DNA from: Nemertoderma westbladi | Taxonomy: Eukaryota > Animalia > Xenacoelomorpha | Length of the DNA stretch: 43,451 nucleotides | Reading direction: 5' to 3' | Assembly: GCA_032718475.1 (NCBI GenBank) | Contig: JAUCBJ010004703.1 | Location: forward strand, 1-43,451 | Shown: piece by piece, positions 1 to 12,994 of the stretch | Layout: every line of letters begins with the position of its first letter | How positions within the stretch are numbered: position 1 is the stretch's first letter | Made by a program: the position numbers and the translations under genes | The notes under the pieces: generated by a model | Database searches by the model: none | Seen by the model: only the letters and a program-made list of their open reading frames with translations | Told to the model about the DNA's origin: nothing

Positions 1-1620
1 ATGAGTAGCCGTAACGCGACAGTGAGTAGCCGTAACGCGACAGTGAGTAGCCGTAACGCGAAAGAGAGTAGCCATAACGCAACAGTGAGTAGCCGTAACG
101 CAACAGTGAGTAGCCGTAGTGCGAGAATCAGTAGCCGTAACGCGACAGTGAGTAGCCGTAATGCGGCAGAGAGTAGCAGTAACGCGACAGTGAGTAGCAG
201 TAACACGACAGTGAGTAGCCATAACGCAACAGTGAGTGTCCGTAACGCGACAGTGAGTAGCCGTAATGCGACAGTGAGTAGCAGTAGAATGACAGAGAGT
301 AGCCGTAACGCGACAGTGAGTAGCCGTAACGCGACAGTGAGTAGCCGTAATGCGACAGAGAGTAGCCGTAATGCGGCAGAGAGTAGCAGTAACGCGACAG
401 TGAGTAGCAGTAACGCGACAGTGAGTAGCCGTAACGCGACAGTGAGTAGCCGTAACGCGACAGTGAGTAGCCGTAACGTGACAGTGAGTAGCCGTAACGC
501 GACAGTGAGTAGCCGTAACGCGAAAGAGAGTAGCCATAATGCAACAGTGAGTAGCCGTAACGCAACAGTGAGTAGCAGTAGCGCTACAGTGAGTAGCCAT
601 AACAAGAGAATCAGTAGCCGTAACGTGACAGTGAAGTAGCCGTAATGCGGCAGAGAGTAGCAGTAACGCGACAGTGAGTAGCAGTAACGCGACAGTGAGT
701 AGCCGTAACGCGAAAGAGAGTAGCCATAACGCAACAGTGAGTAGCCGTAACGCAACAGTGAGTAGCCGTAGTGCGAGAATCAGTAGCCGTAACGCGACAG
801 TGAGTAGCCGTAATGCGGCAGAGAGTAGCAGTAACGCGACAGTGAGTAGCAGTAACACGACAGTGAGTAGCCATAACGCAACAGTGAGTGTCCGTAACGC
901 GACAGTGAGTAGCCGTAATGCGACAGTGAGTAGCAGTAGAATGACAGAGAGTAGCCGTAACGCGACAGTGAGTAGCCGTAACGCGACAGTGAGTAGCCGT
1001 AATGCGACAGAGAGTAGCCGTAATGCGGCAGAGAGTAGCAGTAACGCGACAGTGAGTAGCCGTAACGCGACAGTGAGTAGCCGTAACGCGACAGTGAGTA
1101 GCCGTAACGCGACAGTGAGTAGCCGTAACGCGAAAGAGAGTAGCCATAACGCAACAGTGAGTAGCCGTAACGCAACAGTGAGTAGCCGTAGTGCGAGAAT
1201 CAGTAGCCGTAACGCGACAGTGAGTAGCCGTAACGCGACAGTGAGTAGCCGTAATGCGACAGAGAGTAGCCGTAATGCGGCAGAGAGTAGCAGTAACGCG
1301 ACAGTGAGTAGCAGTAACGCGACAGTGAGTAGCCGTAACGCGACAGTGAGTAGCCGTAACGCGACAGTGAGTAGCCGTAACGTGACAGTGAGTAGCCGTA
1401 ACGCGACAGTGAGTAGCCGTAACGCGAAAGAGAGTAGCCATAATGCAACAGTGAGTAGCCGTAACGCAACAGTGAGTAGCAGTAGCGCTACAGTGAGTAG
1501 CCATAACAAGAGAATCAGTAGCCGTAACGTGACAGTGAAGTAGCCGTAATGCGGCAGAGAGTAGCCGTAGTGCGAGAATCAGTAGCCGTAACGCGACAGC
1601 CAGTAGCCGTAACGCCTCTG
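1..1620. repeat. 21-bp minisatellite (GTGAGTAGCCGTAACGCGACA)n, about 75 units, with higher-order block duplications; truncated at the window start
   Basis: The unit is directly visible. Runs of variant units recur at offsets of about 652 bp (AAAGAGAG at 61 and 713) and 904 bp (GTGAAGTAG ending at 639 and 1543). The array ends in CCGTAACGCCTCTG, which resembles the terminus of the 6618-7552 element. Confidence 0.95.
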
Positions 1621-2299
1621 TAGTACCAGCTTAGAGTCAGTGGTCCGAGTGCAGACCTACTAAATGCAATTCTCTGAAATTAACCAATTAATATACAGTA
1701 TTACTAGATAAAATCCTGTGTTCACCAGTCACATGTGGTGAAACGCAAACCCTAACAACTGGGTAAATAAATTATTGCTAAGCATAAGCGATCTCCTCTA
1801 GTTCAGCCATTGAATATATTGTTACAAAAATTTCATATGTTTTATCTTATAGATTTTCATGTGAACTCTAGACAATATCACTACCTACATCTATATCGCA
1901 CAGCATTACTAATTAATCTAATCTATATTTACTCATGGATCACACATATAAACTGGATTCGGCTCTGTATGACTTCATAATATATGCAATACCCACCACC
2001 GTGCATTGCTGAACTTATAACATAACTTATAACATATATATTCACCAAGGACTTCTACCCTCTAGTAAAAGTTTAGAAATTCTACACAAAGAGAGACTTC
2101 TATAGTTCCTCTGTCTGCCGCTAGGTGGCGAATTGACAGAAACGTAAAAGTAGATATAATTATAGAACCTTAACCATCAGATTCGTCTGAAATTTGGTAG
2201 CAGTAACCTACGAGCATAGCTTAATTATAAATTCTACACACAGACAGACTTTTACAGTTCCTCTGTCTGCCTACTACTACTGCAATCGTCATGCTGCAT

Positions 2300-3075
2300 T
2301 ACAGCTGCCATCCAGAGATTTGGTGTTCTCGGCAGTTAGAGCCCAGCATGGACTCCCAGGGTAGTACTGGAACTACTGCTGCTCTAAATAATCGGACCTT
2401 AAGTTTCCGATGAATTCTGTGTGACATTCAAATCCTGGAGAGCCCATTCAAGGCTGCCCATGCCTTTCCCTTACGTATTCGAAGGTCCTAACCTGACTTC
2501 AGGATCCATGATCCCAGGTAACAGAAATCTCAAGCATACCATCCTTTGAGCTTATGCTCATCCGGTCTGAGACTTGCAGAGGACTTTCAAAGTTAACCGT
2601 CAAAATTTTGGTTTTTTGGAGTTAACAAAAGGTCCAACACTAGAAGCAGCCTGTTCTAATGAGCTGAGGAGACGTTGGGCTCCCTCTAGTAATTCTGAGA
2701 GTACTCCCAAGTCATCAGCAATGTCTAGATCAGTTAGGTATATGGCAGGATTTCCTGGAGCCAATTGGGTATAGTTACCATCACCCCATCATCATTATGA
2801 TGTTCTAAGGACATGCGTAGAACATAGTCAACCACAATTACGATCCCTGGAGAACAGCCCACCCCATAACACTTCAAATGGTTCTGTGTGACCATCAACA
2901 GTAGACACAAATGTCGTCGAACTATCGTATACCGATCTGATTGCTACAATAATTTCATCAGGAATCCCATATAATGAAAGTATTCTGAACATGCGTGAAC
3001 GAGATACTGAATCAAAGGCCTTGAAGAAGTCAACAAAGATAACAGCCAGATGCATAACAGATAACTCTTCAATTG
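2300..3075 (-). mobile_element. Degraded non-LTR retrotransposon (RTE-like LINE) reverse transcriptase fragment
   Basis: Minus-strand translation gives AVIFVDFFKAFDSVSR, YGIP, DLDIADDL (YADD-equivalent, 2708-2731), FCYLGSWI, RKGKAWAALNGLSRI and GSPCWALTAENTKSLDG, with stops and frameshifts. Confidence 0.85.
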
Positions 3076-3235
3076 TCTCTTCAACTCTTCTCTGTCTGCC
3101 GCTAGGAGGTGAATTGTCATGGCTCCAGTTTATCGTGCTTAGCACGGTTTAATTTCTAGATAATATTTTAAGCTACTGATATTCAGATTAATAATGCCAG
3201 ATGCATTCTGGCTATATCTTTCCCAGCCAACCTAC

Positions 3236-3414
3236 TTGCTGTGTAATTTTTTCATTTCTAAAAGTTGTAGATTATGAGTTCGTTCCATCTCCTGCTGCTG
3301 TGCGTGTATGAGTTCCTGGAGTTGTTCCTTCTGCATCTCTTGGAGGCGTTTCTGCTGCACCAGCTGCCATTTATACGTGTGTTCCAATTGTTGTTTCTGT
3401 TCCTCTAATAATGC
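3236..3414 (-). CDS. Coding exon 2 of an unidentified coiled-coil protein (ALLEEQKQQLEHTYKWQLVQQKRLQEMQKEQLQELIHAQQQEMERTHNLQLLEMKKLHS)
   Basis: Acceptor ttgtattcttag|GCA in phase 0 matches the phase-0 donor of the 4307-4462 exon. The frame is open and Q/E/L heptad-rich. Donor CAA|gtaggt. Absent from the ORF track. Confidence 0.7.
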
Positions 3415-4306
3415 CTAAGAATACAATTTTATATACAGTATATTATACAAATAATTGCACACAAAGCTATTACTATACTAAAATAGTGTCCTAACAGATA
3501 GCATAGTTATGGAAACGAACAGGGAGCAGAGTCGAGGCATTATTTATTATTGTTGCTTTGAGTGGTTTGTTTGCTTTAGAATTCCACGCAGACCTACATA
3601 CTGTATATTACTAAACATGCATAACGGTGCGCATACAAAACACATTTGTAGTAGTAATAAAATTAGTAATATTAGTAATAGTAATTATATTACATATTTT
3701 ATTTCTACAACTACAATTTATCTTTATATTTATTGTACTTATTATTAATGGTAATGGTATTTGCCTTCGCCCCTTGACAACATCATATTGTACGTTGTTT
3801 CCGGTGCTATATTATTTGCTGTATGGATCGATGTTAACACGTGTTTGGCTCCCAGAATTATTGACGTTTGGGAGTCGCCGACCTCTTGTAGCAGCACTTA
3901 CGAATGCGCGAATTTATTTAATTAGCATTTTAATAATTTGCATTGGTAGCGCCGCAAATTATGTACTTCCTATAAGCAATCCATTTTGTTGAAGTAAGAT
4001 AATGGAATTATTTGTAATTTTATTCTGCGCAAGCTTTTATTTAAATTTAAGTATACCCTCAAATTTAAAATTAGTTTAGTAGGATTGAGTTTGTAATTAT
4101 CTTAATATAAATTTCAATTATTAACCATTACACTATAGTCTAGTATTTACATTTGCAATTACTGTACAAGATGTAGCCAATATATTTAATTTGAAATTAA
4201 GTTACGTTAAATTGAAATTGAATATGGATGTCAGACCTCTTACATCTATATTTAATTTACCACTTTAGAATATTGTGGTGAATGACAATGAATGAGTTGT
4301 TGTTAC

Positions 4307-4462
4307 CTTTTCTCTTGGACTTAGAACATCTTCTACAACAGGCGCTTCTTTTCCCTTTTTCCCTTTAGGATCGGACTTTCCTTTAGCCTTGCCTTTATCA
4401 CCAGCAGCATCCGGTTTGCTCTTGGGATCGTTTTTACCAACTGGTTTAGGTTTAGGGGGCAT
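4307..4462 (-). CDS. First coding exon of an unidentified protein (MPPKPKPVGKNDPKSKPDAAGDKGKAKGKSDPKGKKGKEAPVVEDVLSPREK)
   Basis: ATG in ACAATG context, 52 codons, donor AAG|gtaaca, higher GC than the flanks. An MPPK...KGKK N-terminus is common in axonemal proteins (inference only). Confidence 0.7.
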
Positions 4463-4939
4463 TGTTGGATGTGGGGATTGATTTTATAATTAGCGGCGAT
4501 GAAAAATTGATTTCATTATCTAATTTGTATTATTGCACAAAATATCAGCCAGGGTAATCTTTTCTTAAATAACTTTTGTTTACATAACAAACCTAAGGAT
4601 AAAGACGGTGTCTATTTATTGTAGAGTCAGCTAGCATTCGGCTGTTTATACTTTACTTTTTATATGACGCAGTTAGTATGTACACCTACTGTAGTGTTGT
4701 ATAATCGTTCGCTTTTAGGAAAACGCTTAATATAGGGTGAATAAATACACAATAGGCAGTTTCGTAGAGTGTAAGACCATGGAATGTAAACAGTGAAAAA
4801 TAATAAGGCATATATATATATATATAAGGTTTTAGTAAACAATAAGCATTCGCCTACTTAACTGTAAAGTTTTTAATAAATACAATTTGCAGTAGATATA
4901 TTATTCATATAAATTACAATGACATATTTTATGTGTATA

Positions 4940-4971
4940 CATGACCTACTATATATATATAGTAGGTCATG
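4940..4971. repeat. Perfect 32-bp palindrome CATGACCTACT(AT)5AGTAGGTCATG
   Basis: The sequence is its own reverse complement. Confidence 0.9.
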
Positions 4972-5673
4972 GTGTATAACATGTTAAATCTGATTTTGAT
5001 TTACAAGGATAAGGAATTAATTAACCCTAGAATTGTTGATGTTTCTATGTATTCGACATTGTGTTGCTAGTAACTATTGGTAAAGCCAATCAACGGTTAA
5101 GTCCAACATTTTATATATTAAAGATAATACCGCGCGAGAGGGTTATACGAACTTAATTACAGTACTTGGCACGTGATGCAACTGGTATTGTTAAATAACG
5201 TAACATCATTCTCGCAGAACGTGACAAATATATAGTTATCAGTTCTGGGGCCTCGTGCATCATAACTAAGACAACCGCGAAGAGTTTAGGGGGGGTTATA
5301 CCCCCCATAAACCTTTTTTTAAAATGACTGTCAATTAGTGTTAAATGATAATATTGTTATTTTGTCAAGGCCAACCACTGTATGGAAGGCCAAATAGCCT
5401 CTATAGGAAAATTTGAAAATTTATAGCCTCCCCCTAGCGGCTGCCGGCGGAATTAAAGATTTCACTACAATTGCTACCAGTCCCTCAATCTTAGTCCAAA
5501 CTTCTATTGATATTTAATATTAGTTAATACTAGTTAACAATAAAAAAATTGGTTGCGCTTAAAACCCTAAAGCTATGATAGTTTTGAAGCTAATCACATG
5601 AAAGTTTCTTTATATGATAAATCAAAGATGGGGCAACATAACTATCAGGGAAATTTTGTGAAAATAATTCTGC

Positions 5674-5690
5674 ACCGCTAGGTGGCGCTG
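5674..5690 (+). promoter_or_regulatory. CTCF-like motif ACCGCTAGGTGGCGCTG
   Basis: Close match to the CTCF core CCASYAGRKGGCRS. Related copies at 2117-2130 and near 3097. May be repeat-borne. Confidence 0.35.
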
Positions 5691-6617
5691 CAAACTTATG
5701 CTAATTTTTTAGGTTTTTTATAAATAGTATTAAATTTTATTAACAAAAAATTTTGAAAAGTTGTCTGATGCTTTTATGCAGGGTGGCTATGTAGACACCC
5801 ACAGAAATTTTCATACTAATTATTATTAGTTGTAGGCTTAGCAACAGCCTAGGCTACGAATATTTAATGAAATGAAATTAATATTTAATTCCGCGACGAT
5901 TTTACTCAATAATTTCGAGAATTTACTTATAGAAAAGCAACGCGGGGCTAATTTTATCTAAAAGTTGGTACCCGGTGTTATTTTATAGTGCTCTTTCTAG
6001 TGTGTTCGACTGTGTTTGGTCGTATTGCTTATTAAGTACCTTCCATACTATCTAACGACAAAGACTAATCGTAACGACAAAGACAAGACAGCAACAACGA
6101 CAATTTGTAAAAACTTACCCGTTACCTACAGTACCGGTACCCCCTAACTGTGTCTGTTCGCTATGACCCGGCAAACGTGAAGACTCACCCCGCATTGTAA
6201 TTTTTATGGTTTTCTCTAGGAACAATGATTTATTGAATTTATGTAAATCGCATGGACTATACAGTAGATGTTTAAGTTTAAATCGCTAACAACCTGAATA
6301 TGTGTATAATCTTACTTGATTTACGAAATTATATGGATTTGTCTCTGAATTTTATTGTTGTGTTGTGTCTTTGTTTCTTTCTGTAGTTATTATTTATAAT
6401 AGAGAATATAGAAGTTTCCTGTATAAAATAAGTTACCTCCGCTGGAGTGATCAAGATTACTAACTAATATATTTGTAATTATGGGTAAGTGCGTGTAGTT
6501 CTTCGATAATAATTTGTTGTACAGTATTCTCAGCCTGAAGAAGCCCTGCGGGTGGAAGCTAGCTAGAACCGTTGTTTAATTAATTTTTGTCACTTGATAA
6601 TCATTTTAAGAGTTGGA

Positions 6618-7552
6618 CAGCGGTGTCGTCGCGTTACGGCTCCTGTCGGCTAATTTCTTGGGAGATTAGCCGTAACGCGACTTTCAAAGTCGTTGTACGG
6701 ATGCTCTAAAAGTCGCGGTGCTGCTAATTGTCGCGTTACGGCAAATTTACTGTCTTGGTTTCACATAGGGAATCATTATAATTATAAATATTATTATATG
6801 GTGTTTACGTACAGATGAGGTCCGAAAAATGTTCCGAAAAATGACCATCTTTCCTATATGTTTGTTATTCGACAACCTCACATTCAATATATTGTATTCT
6901 ATGGGGTACCGATACATCCTTAGTTACAGTATCAAGCATAGGTGCGGATTACGTTCATATTTGAATTTACTTTCATTTTGCCATTCCCCAACTGCGTTAT
7001 ATATAATAATTGAATATTAAATAGCAATTAAATAAAAACAATTAAAGGTTATGATGTTACATACATTAAAGCTACAGTTTGACAGTAATTTAATGCAATT
7101 GACAATTACAGCATTACAGCATTACCTCAGATTATTAGATTATTAGTTAGCGAAAACTAACGACTGACAGTGTTAGCGCGAAGGAATGCAAAAGAATATG
7201 TCGTGGGTTCGATCCCACTAAATATATTGAATGCGAGGTTGTGGAAGAACATAGGATAGGAAAGATGTAATCCCCCCCCCCCCCCCCCCCCCCCCCTCTC
7301 ATCCGGATACTCTCATGCTGTAAAACATTATTACATTACATTTTTCGGACCTCCTGTACGTAAAAACACCATAGAATAATATTGATAATGATTCCCTTTG
7401 TAAAACAAGACAATAGATTAGCCGTAACGCGACAAGATTAGCCGTAACGCAACTTTTTGAGTAGCCCTACCGCGACATTCAAAGTCACGGCCACTTTGCG
7501 AATTAGCCGTAACTCGACTTTCCGTAGCGCGACAGTATCCGTACCGCCACTG
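6618..7552. mobile_element. Foldback/MITE-like non-autonomous DNA transposon with long (about 280-330 bp) imperfect inverted arms and AGCCGTAACGCGAC subterminal motifs
   Basis: 6729-6830 is the diverged reverse complement of about 7338-7434, and 6841-6895 of about 7219-7271. The right terminus reads CAGTGGCGGTACGG on the minus strand, resembling hAT termini. No clean TSD. Confidence 0.75.
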
Positions 7553-8718
7553 CGCCTTGGGCAGCCGCCCAACCCAATCAACAACCGAACCGTTCATCCG
7601 ATTATCCGAACTAACAATGACTTATTTTCCGAGTATATAAAATCCCTAATTTTCAGGTTCAAACAAATATCATTTCAATTAGAACAGCAATAAATTATTA
7701 AATTCGATCTTGCTTTATATCAGTAGTAGTGATACAGGTGGTGCCCTGCCCTTATATCAGTAATACACAAGGTTATTGATTGAAAGGGGTTTATTCGCTG
7801 ACCAAACAGATAGGTACGGTTGACTATTACGGATTAGCAATGTCCTATAAAATAATTACAAAAAAACAGGCGCGGTTAACATCAATCAATCAAAGCCGTC
7901 GCATAAATATTCATAACATACAGTACATAATTCCAAGGAATCTATTGATAGTTGGTTGGCTTCCAGTTTTTGTTCTTATTTCGGTCATGTGAGCGATTTA
8001 TGTGGGAAGTTCGTTTAATTAATAATTCCTCTGGAAGTTATTGGAGTTAACCAGAACGAACATGGTGACATGTAAGCGGACCAGATGTGCCCTATAATAC
8101 CTCCCATGTCGTTCGGCAGCGCGAGCGTGGCGTGTGTTCTACAAACAGGCAAATCAAATATTCAGCCCCTATTGTTGAACCACGACTGGTTGACACTTCA
8201 ACGTTTATTTTAAACGCAAACAATTAGCAAGGAATTAGGCCTACATAAAACGGAATAGACGCCACACTGCGAATAGGCCATAAACAAGTAACACGTATCG
8301 GTTCTCGGTTTATTAGTCGCGCACAATAGGTGAGTAAATTTGTTTTAGTGATCACAGGTCTACGCAATACGGATTGAGATATCCGTTTCGGTAGTTACAA
8401 CTACTACTACTGTACCACCACTGGGACATTGAGTTATAAGATCAACAACAGTTACTCTCTCTTGGAATATAGTTAGGTCGTTTCTTGGTTCAGGGCAGAG
8501 TTATTATTAATATTATTATTTATTGTTTATTATGAATATTACAATAGTACAGCATAACTACGTAATAGCACACCTATATTATTTCTTGTAGATCTCCGAA
8601 CAAGGTAAATTTTTATAAACAAATCTATTTTACACAGATGGACGCAGATGACGGTAAATTAACACAGATATTTTATAAACAACAAAGCGTCCAATGTTTG
8701 TTGTCATAGCTTTGTGTC

Positions 8719-8977
8719 AGCCCATGTGAAGTACACCAGACTTTCTACATTTCACTTTGCAGTTTACCACCATCTGAAGAATGCCAGGTTTTCACTAAAA
8801 CCCAGGTTACAGAAGTGCCGATTCTAATCAAAACAATAAACGATGTACAAGTTTTTGTATAATAAGCGCTAAAAAACTCTTAAACAGAAGAAGATAAGAT
8901 TTAAAAAAATTCATTAATATACTTCATATATAAAATATCGACCGAAAAGTGAAAACCTGGTATTTTTCACATGAGCG
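8719..8977 (+). mobile_element. MITE-like repeat, copy 1 (termini GCCCATGTGAA...TTCACATGAGCG)
   Basis: Short imperfect TIRs. Internal sequence is shared with 9230-9360 and 11268-11525 in the opposite orientation. Confidence 0.55.
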
Positions 8978-9229
8978 TCGTGTCCTACTTATTAATATCT
9001 CTATTTCTGTTTCTGTTATTGCTAGAGTTGATTATTGGGGGCAAGCGCAAGCGGTACATTATTTAACATGATACCGATACCTAATATATTTTCATTATTT
9101 CATATAATGAAATATTATAAACCCCAGATTGTTTAGTAACTATAATAAAATACAATATAATGACAATATAAAGTTATAACTAGTTGAGGGTTGAATTATT
9201 ACGGGATACTATTTATCACAGCTTCTTCA

Positions 9230-9360
9230 CCGCCCATGTGAAGAATACCAGGATTTCACGTTTCGGTTGAGTTTTTATTGGAATTTTATATATGACGATT
9301 TTTTATTTTTTTTTATTTATCTTTATTTCATTTCTGTAGTGTTTTTTTCTCTGTTATTGT
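9230..9360 (-). mobile_element. MITE-like repeat, partial copy 2
   Basis: CGCCCATGTGAAGAATACCAGGATTTCACGTTTCGG is the near reverse complement of 8940-8977. Confidence 0.55.
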
Positions 9361-11267
9361 ATTTTCTTTACTCATATTTATTTCTGCTTTAAAGATAACT
9401 TAACCAAAGTGATTTCTCCGAAATTCTGAAGTTATTCTACATTGCCCGTGATGTTTTTATGACAGTCTAACTACTACACTAACTAACTGTTTTTTATTCA
9501 ACCCACAACATTGTATATTTTGTGTATAAAATATGAATTGATTTGATTGGGAGAGTTCAGGTAAAAATAGCACCGGTGTGGGTGTAAACTCCTCAGCGAC
9601 GACAGACAACCTGCAACAGACAGCCGTCTGCAGATATAAAGGAAATCAGCAGGTTATTCTAACCAAAACAATAAACGAGACTGGAGACTCAAGAGCACAG
9701 GTCACAGTTTGGGTTTTATTTCCATAAAAAAGAAAATCAAGTGGGGTGTCAGGTCACCTTGCCATATACAGTAGATGTTCTTTCTTATATCTATTTTTAT
9801 CACAACACCAAAAACCAAAAAGCTTAGCCCCGTTTTTAATTGTGCTCGAAATTAAATTTAGAAATTAAATTAAACTTCCGCGATCCTTATGTATTTTTAA
9901 TTTAGCATCCTCTGTCTACCAAATTGTTTCGCATACTGTCGCTATCAAAGTACTGTATCAAATTAATTTTCGCAGACAGCAGCTTGCGCTGTAAATACAG
10001 TTTGAAAGCAATTCGATAAGAAACGAATCAATCCCTCGCGAATATAAATCGATTCATGCAACATAATCCAACTACAGAGAAACCATACCGCGTACCATAC
10101 CACAACCAATTTAGCAGAGTAATAACTGCTATTAACGAAATGAATGGTGCTTTACTTTGTTTAAATATTGATATGCTTGTTGCCATAGCAATATTGGTCG
10201 ACATGATGCTTGTTCAATACGACACGGCAATATTAAGATTATTACATGTTTATAGTAATTGGCAATATGCGGTTAAGCGAATCTTATAATTTTGGATGGC
10301 GCCATCTTATTACCAGGTGCCTTGATGGCCTACTTTAGAGCTGACAGGTTTGACTGGCCCAGCCCAGCCCCCATATATATGCAATGCCTCCGCAAATGGA
10401 TTAATAATATGCCGTCACGAAAGCAGATATGACAACTGGGTGGGGGTGACATGTAAGGTGAGTGACAAATAAGTTATTCAAAACTTAACTGCTTCCATAT
10501 TTGAGTATGTAGGTTAACGACTATTAATTGAAACACCAAAAACAAACTGACCAACCGCTATGCATGTAGCAATCAATATATCTATGATGGTAACCAGTTA
10601 GTTGGTAATTATTATTATTGAAACTTTCAATCCAGTTTAATCCGCGCGGCAATACAGCCTCCAACATTGCATTCAAGTATTGGATTGCATTGTGTAGCAT
10701 TAGCATAGCGTCATGCTGCAGTCCTCCCTCCACTTTTGACTTTGTTAGCTAAGGATGCTGCGTTCTCATTGGTTGAATGCACCGTGGGAAGGGAATTCTT
10801 GCTGTCTTATTCTACTTACTCAACATCAAGGCCAGTAAATAATAAACATTATTCTTGTTTAGTTGCAAGCTGGTTCCCACATAGTTATGTGTTGATAATT
10901 CTCAGGACAATAAGTATTTACTTGGAACTAACTGTAATAATTTTGTAATATTCTAAACATCCGGTTATATGATGATGCTATTAAATTATTTACTTAAGTT
11001 TTAATTATAATAGTTTATAGGCAATTTTCAAAGTTATATATTATGCATGATGGACCATGGAAAGTTGAAAGTATAGGCTATTGGGTCATTATTATTATTA
11101 AATAAAAAAATAATATATTAATTGGATAAGATTATAATTATTAAGCCCTATTATAACAAAACTTATTTTTAATACATTATATGATATTATGTTAGTAATA
11201 ATGAAACATTTTATCTTACAGTCTTAGTATTGATTATATTGAAAACTGGCTATAAAATCATAAAATA

Positions 11268-11525
11268 CCGCCCATGAACACTAATACCAGATTTTCATCT
11301 TTTAGTCGGAATTTTATATATGAAGAATTTGTATTTTTGAAGTCTCTCCTCTCCGTATTAAATGTTTTATAGTGCATGTTTCTCATAACCTGACAGCCTG
11401 ACTAATTTGTTCATTGTTTTGGTTAGATTTATCCCTTCCTCTGGTTTTCATCACATGGGAGAAAACTGTAAAGTACAATATACAGCAGTAACTCTCGTTG
11501 GGCACAGCAGAAAGTCTGGTATAAT
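11268..11525 (-). mobile_element. MITE-like repeat, diverged copy 3
   Basis: CCGCCCATGAACACTAATACCAGATTTTCA ... TTCATTGTTTTGGTTAGA ... GAAAGTCTGGT mirrors 8719-8977 in reverse. Confidence 0.5.
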
Positions 11526-12487
11526 ATTATACTTTGCAAGGGTCTAAAATATTGTTAGTTATTTAACTTATTTTATATCACGTGGCAGTTAATAGAATCT
11601 GAAATTGGACTTAATAATTGGTGTGTTATCATTCAATTATATTATATATATATATGAAATAATTTATTAATTAGGCCTAATTACAGAATGAATAGAGTAT
11701 TATAGTATTATATAATTTAGCAACTAGCTTTTAGAGTTATAGAGAGTGATTGTTTGAAAGAAATAATAATAGCACCGGCAGATTTCATGTTACATGAACT
11801 GATGATGATGAACAAACCTCTCACTATGTAACAATATAGCAGAGAAGAAATAATAAATACATTTTTCTTTCTTTTTAAAATATTTCTAAATAAATTCACA
11901 ACATAATTTCCCACAAGAGTCAAAAACTGAATCTGCAAACTCATATGATATAGGCCTCTGTACCGCTGTACCAATTGTTTGTAGAATGGTATAACTTTTT
12001 ATAATAAACGAATAAAATAATTAGTATACACACTATTATAGCAACATCAAACATCCCACTAAATATGAAATATTCATATAACTATTGTGTCATCATAATA
12101 TTAATTGTCTGTCTGTCATTGTGTACTAATTGCGCACTAATAATATGTTCGTCTCAAACTCAATGTTTGAACATCAATATCTCAACTACAGGTCTTCGGT
12201 CAAATTTGATGAAATATGATAGCGGATTTTTGGTAGGTAGTCTGGTAGCTGGCGGGCAGTAGGCAGTAGCTAAAATGATAGTTTATGAAATGATAGTTAG
12301 ATGTTTTTAAATTCAGATAATGTTACTCAACGGGGGGGGGGGGGGGGGGGGGGAAGGATTCATAATCGCGATCAGTGTCAAGTATTTCAACAAGATAAAT
12401 CCTACCGTCCCGGTATTTGGTTTGTACCCGTCGACCGTACTTAAAACTGTTCAATAAAAGGTTCGCTTAGTGCATGCAACGTATGAA

Positions 12488-12545
12488 TGTGCCATCCAGA
12501 GATTTGGTATCATCAGCAGTTATGGCCCAGCATAGGACTCGCATG
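12488..12545 (-). mobile_element. Short RTE-like LINE fragment
   Basis: GTGCCATCCAGAGATTTGGTATCATCAGCAGTTATGGCCCAGCAT matches 2306-2350 and 16987-17035. Confidence 0.7.
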
Positions 12546-12927
12546 TACTGTTTCTACGCATGTAGTGCATGTACATGTACTGCTCTAAATAGTGCAATTG
12601 TTTTTCATTATACATAAATATATCTATATTACTAAGCTGTGTGTTTGGGTGTATGTTTGTAATAGTGTAATCGTAGCCTACAGCACAACTACAGGCCTAG
12701 AAGTTACAATAATTCCTGTAGATAAACGTAATAAATATAAATTTGCCATCTGAATTGTTACTCTTATTATTTATAGAATACAATTAATTTGACATAATTA
12801 TATATATTATAAGGAAAACCTATATTTTCTACAAACTCCGATTTTTGGATAATGGATTATAATTAATGAATATAATGTGGATACCTAAATATAATAATGT
12901 AGATTGTTGGACAATTAAACGGAAAGG

Positions 12928-12994
12928 ATGATTGTTTGGGTCATCGTGTTGTTCTACGTTATGGAATGCATTGCTGGGCCAGCAATTGAACCAG
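12928..12994 (+). CDS. Signal-peptide exon (coding exon 1) of the TAM-family receptor tyrosine kinase: MIVWVIVLFYVMECIAGPAIEP
   Basis: ATG, a hydrophobic core and a CIA-G cleavage-like site. Strong donor CAG|gtaaga in phase 1, which restores the frame of the 17564 exon (G+AT = Asp). Confidence 0.75.

Noticed and set aside
1-1543. ORFs of SSRNATV heptads with an N-glycosylation sequon per repeat (mucin-like), and the antisense ATHCRVT and SLSRYGY ORFs
   Set aside because: A 21-bp unit keeps several frames open on both strands. There is no signal peptide or unique sequence, a frameshift occurs at 635, and the array ends in a transposon-like terminus.
7170-7220. tRNA gene (GGTTCGATCCC B-box) in the foldback spacer
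   Set aside because: No cloverleaf can be formed. At most a SINE-head remnant.
8300-8660. Donor AG|GTGAGT at 8330 and possible micro-exons at 8592-8604 and 8638-8653 (TAM 5'UTR?)
   Set aside because: Splice-like signals only, with no coding or transcript support. The implied 33-nt intron is implausibly short.
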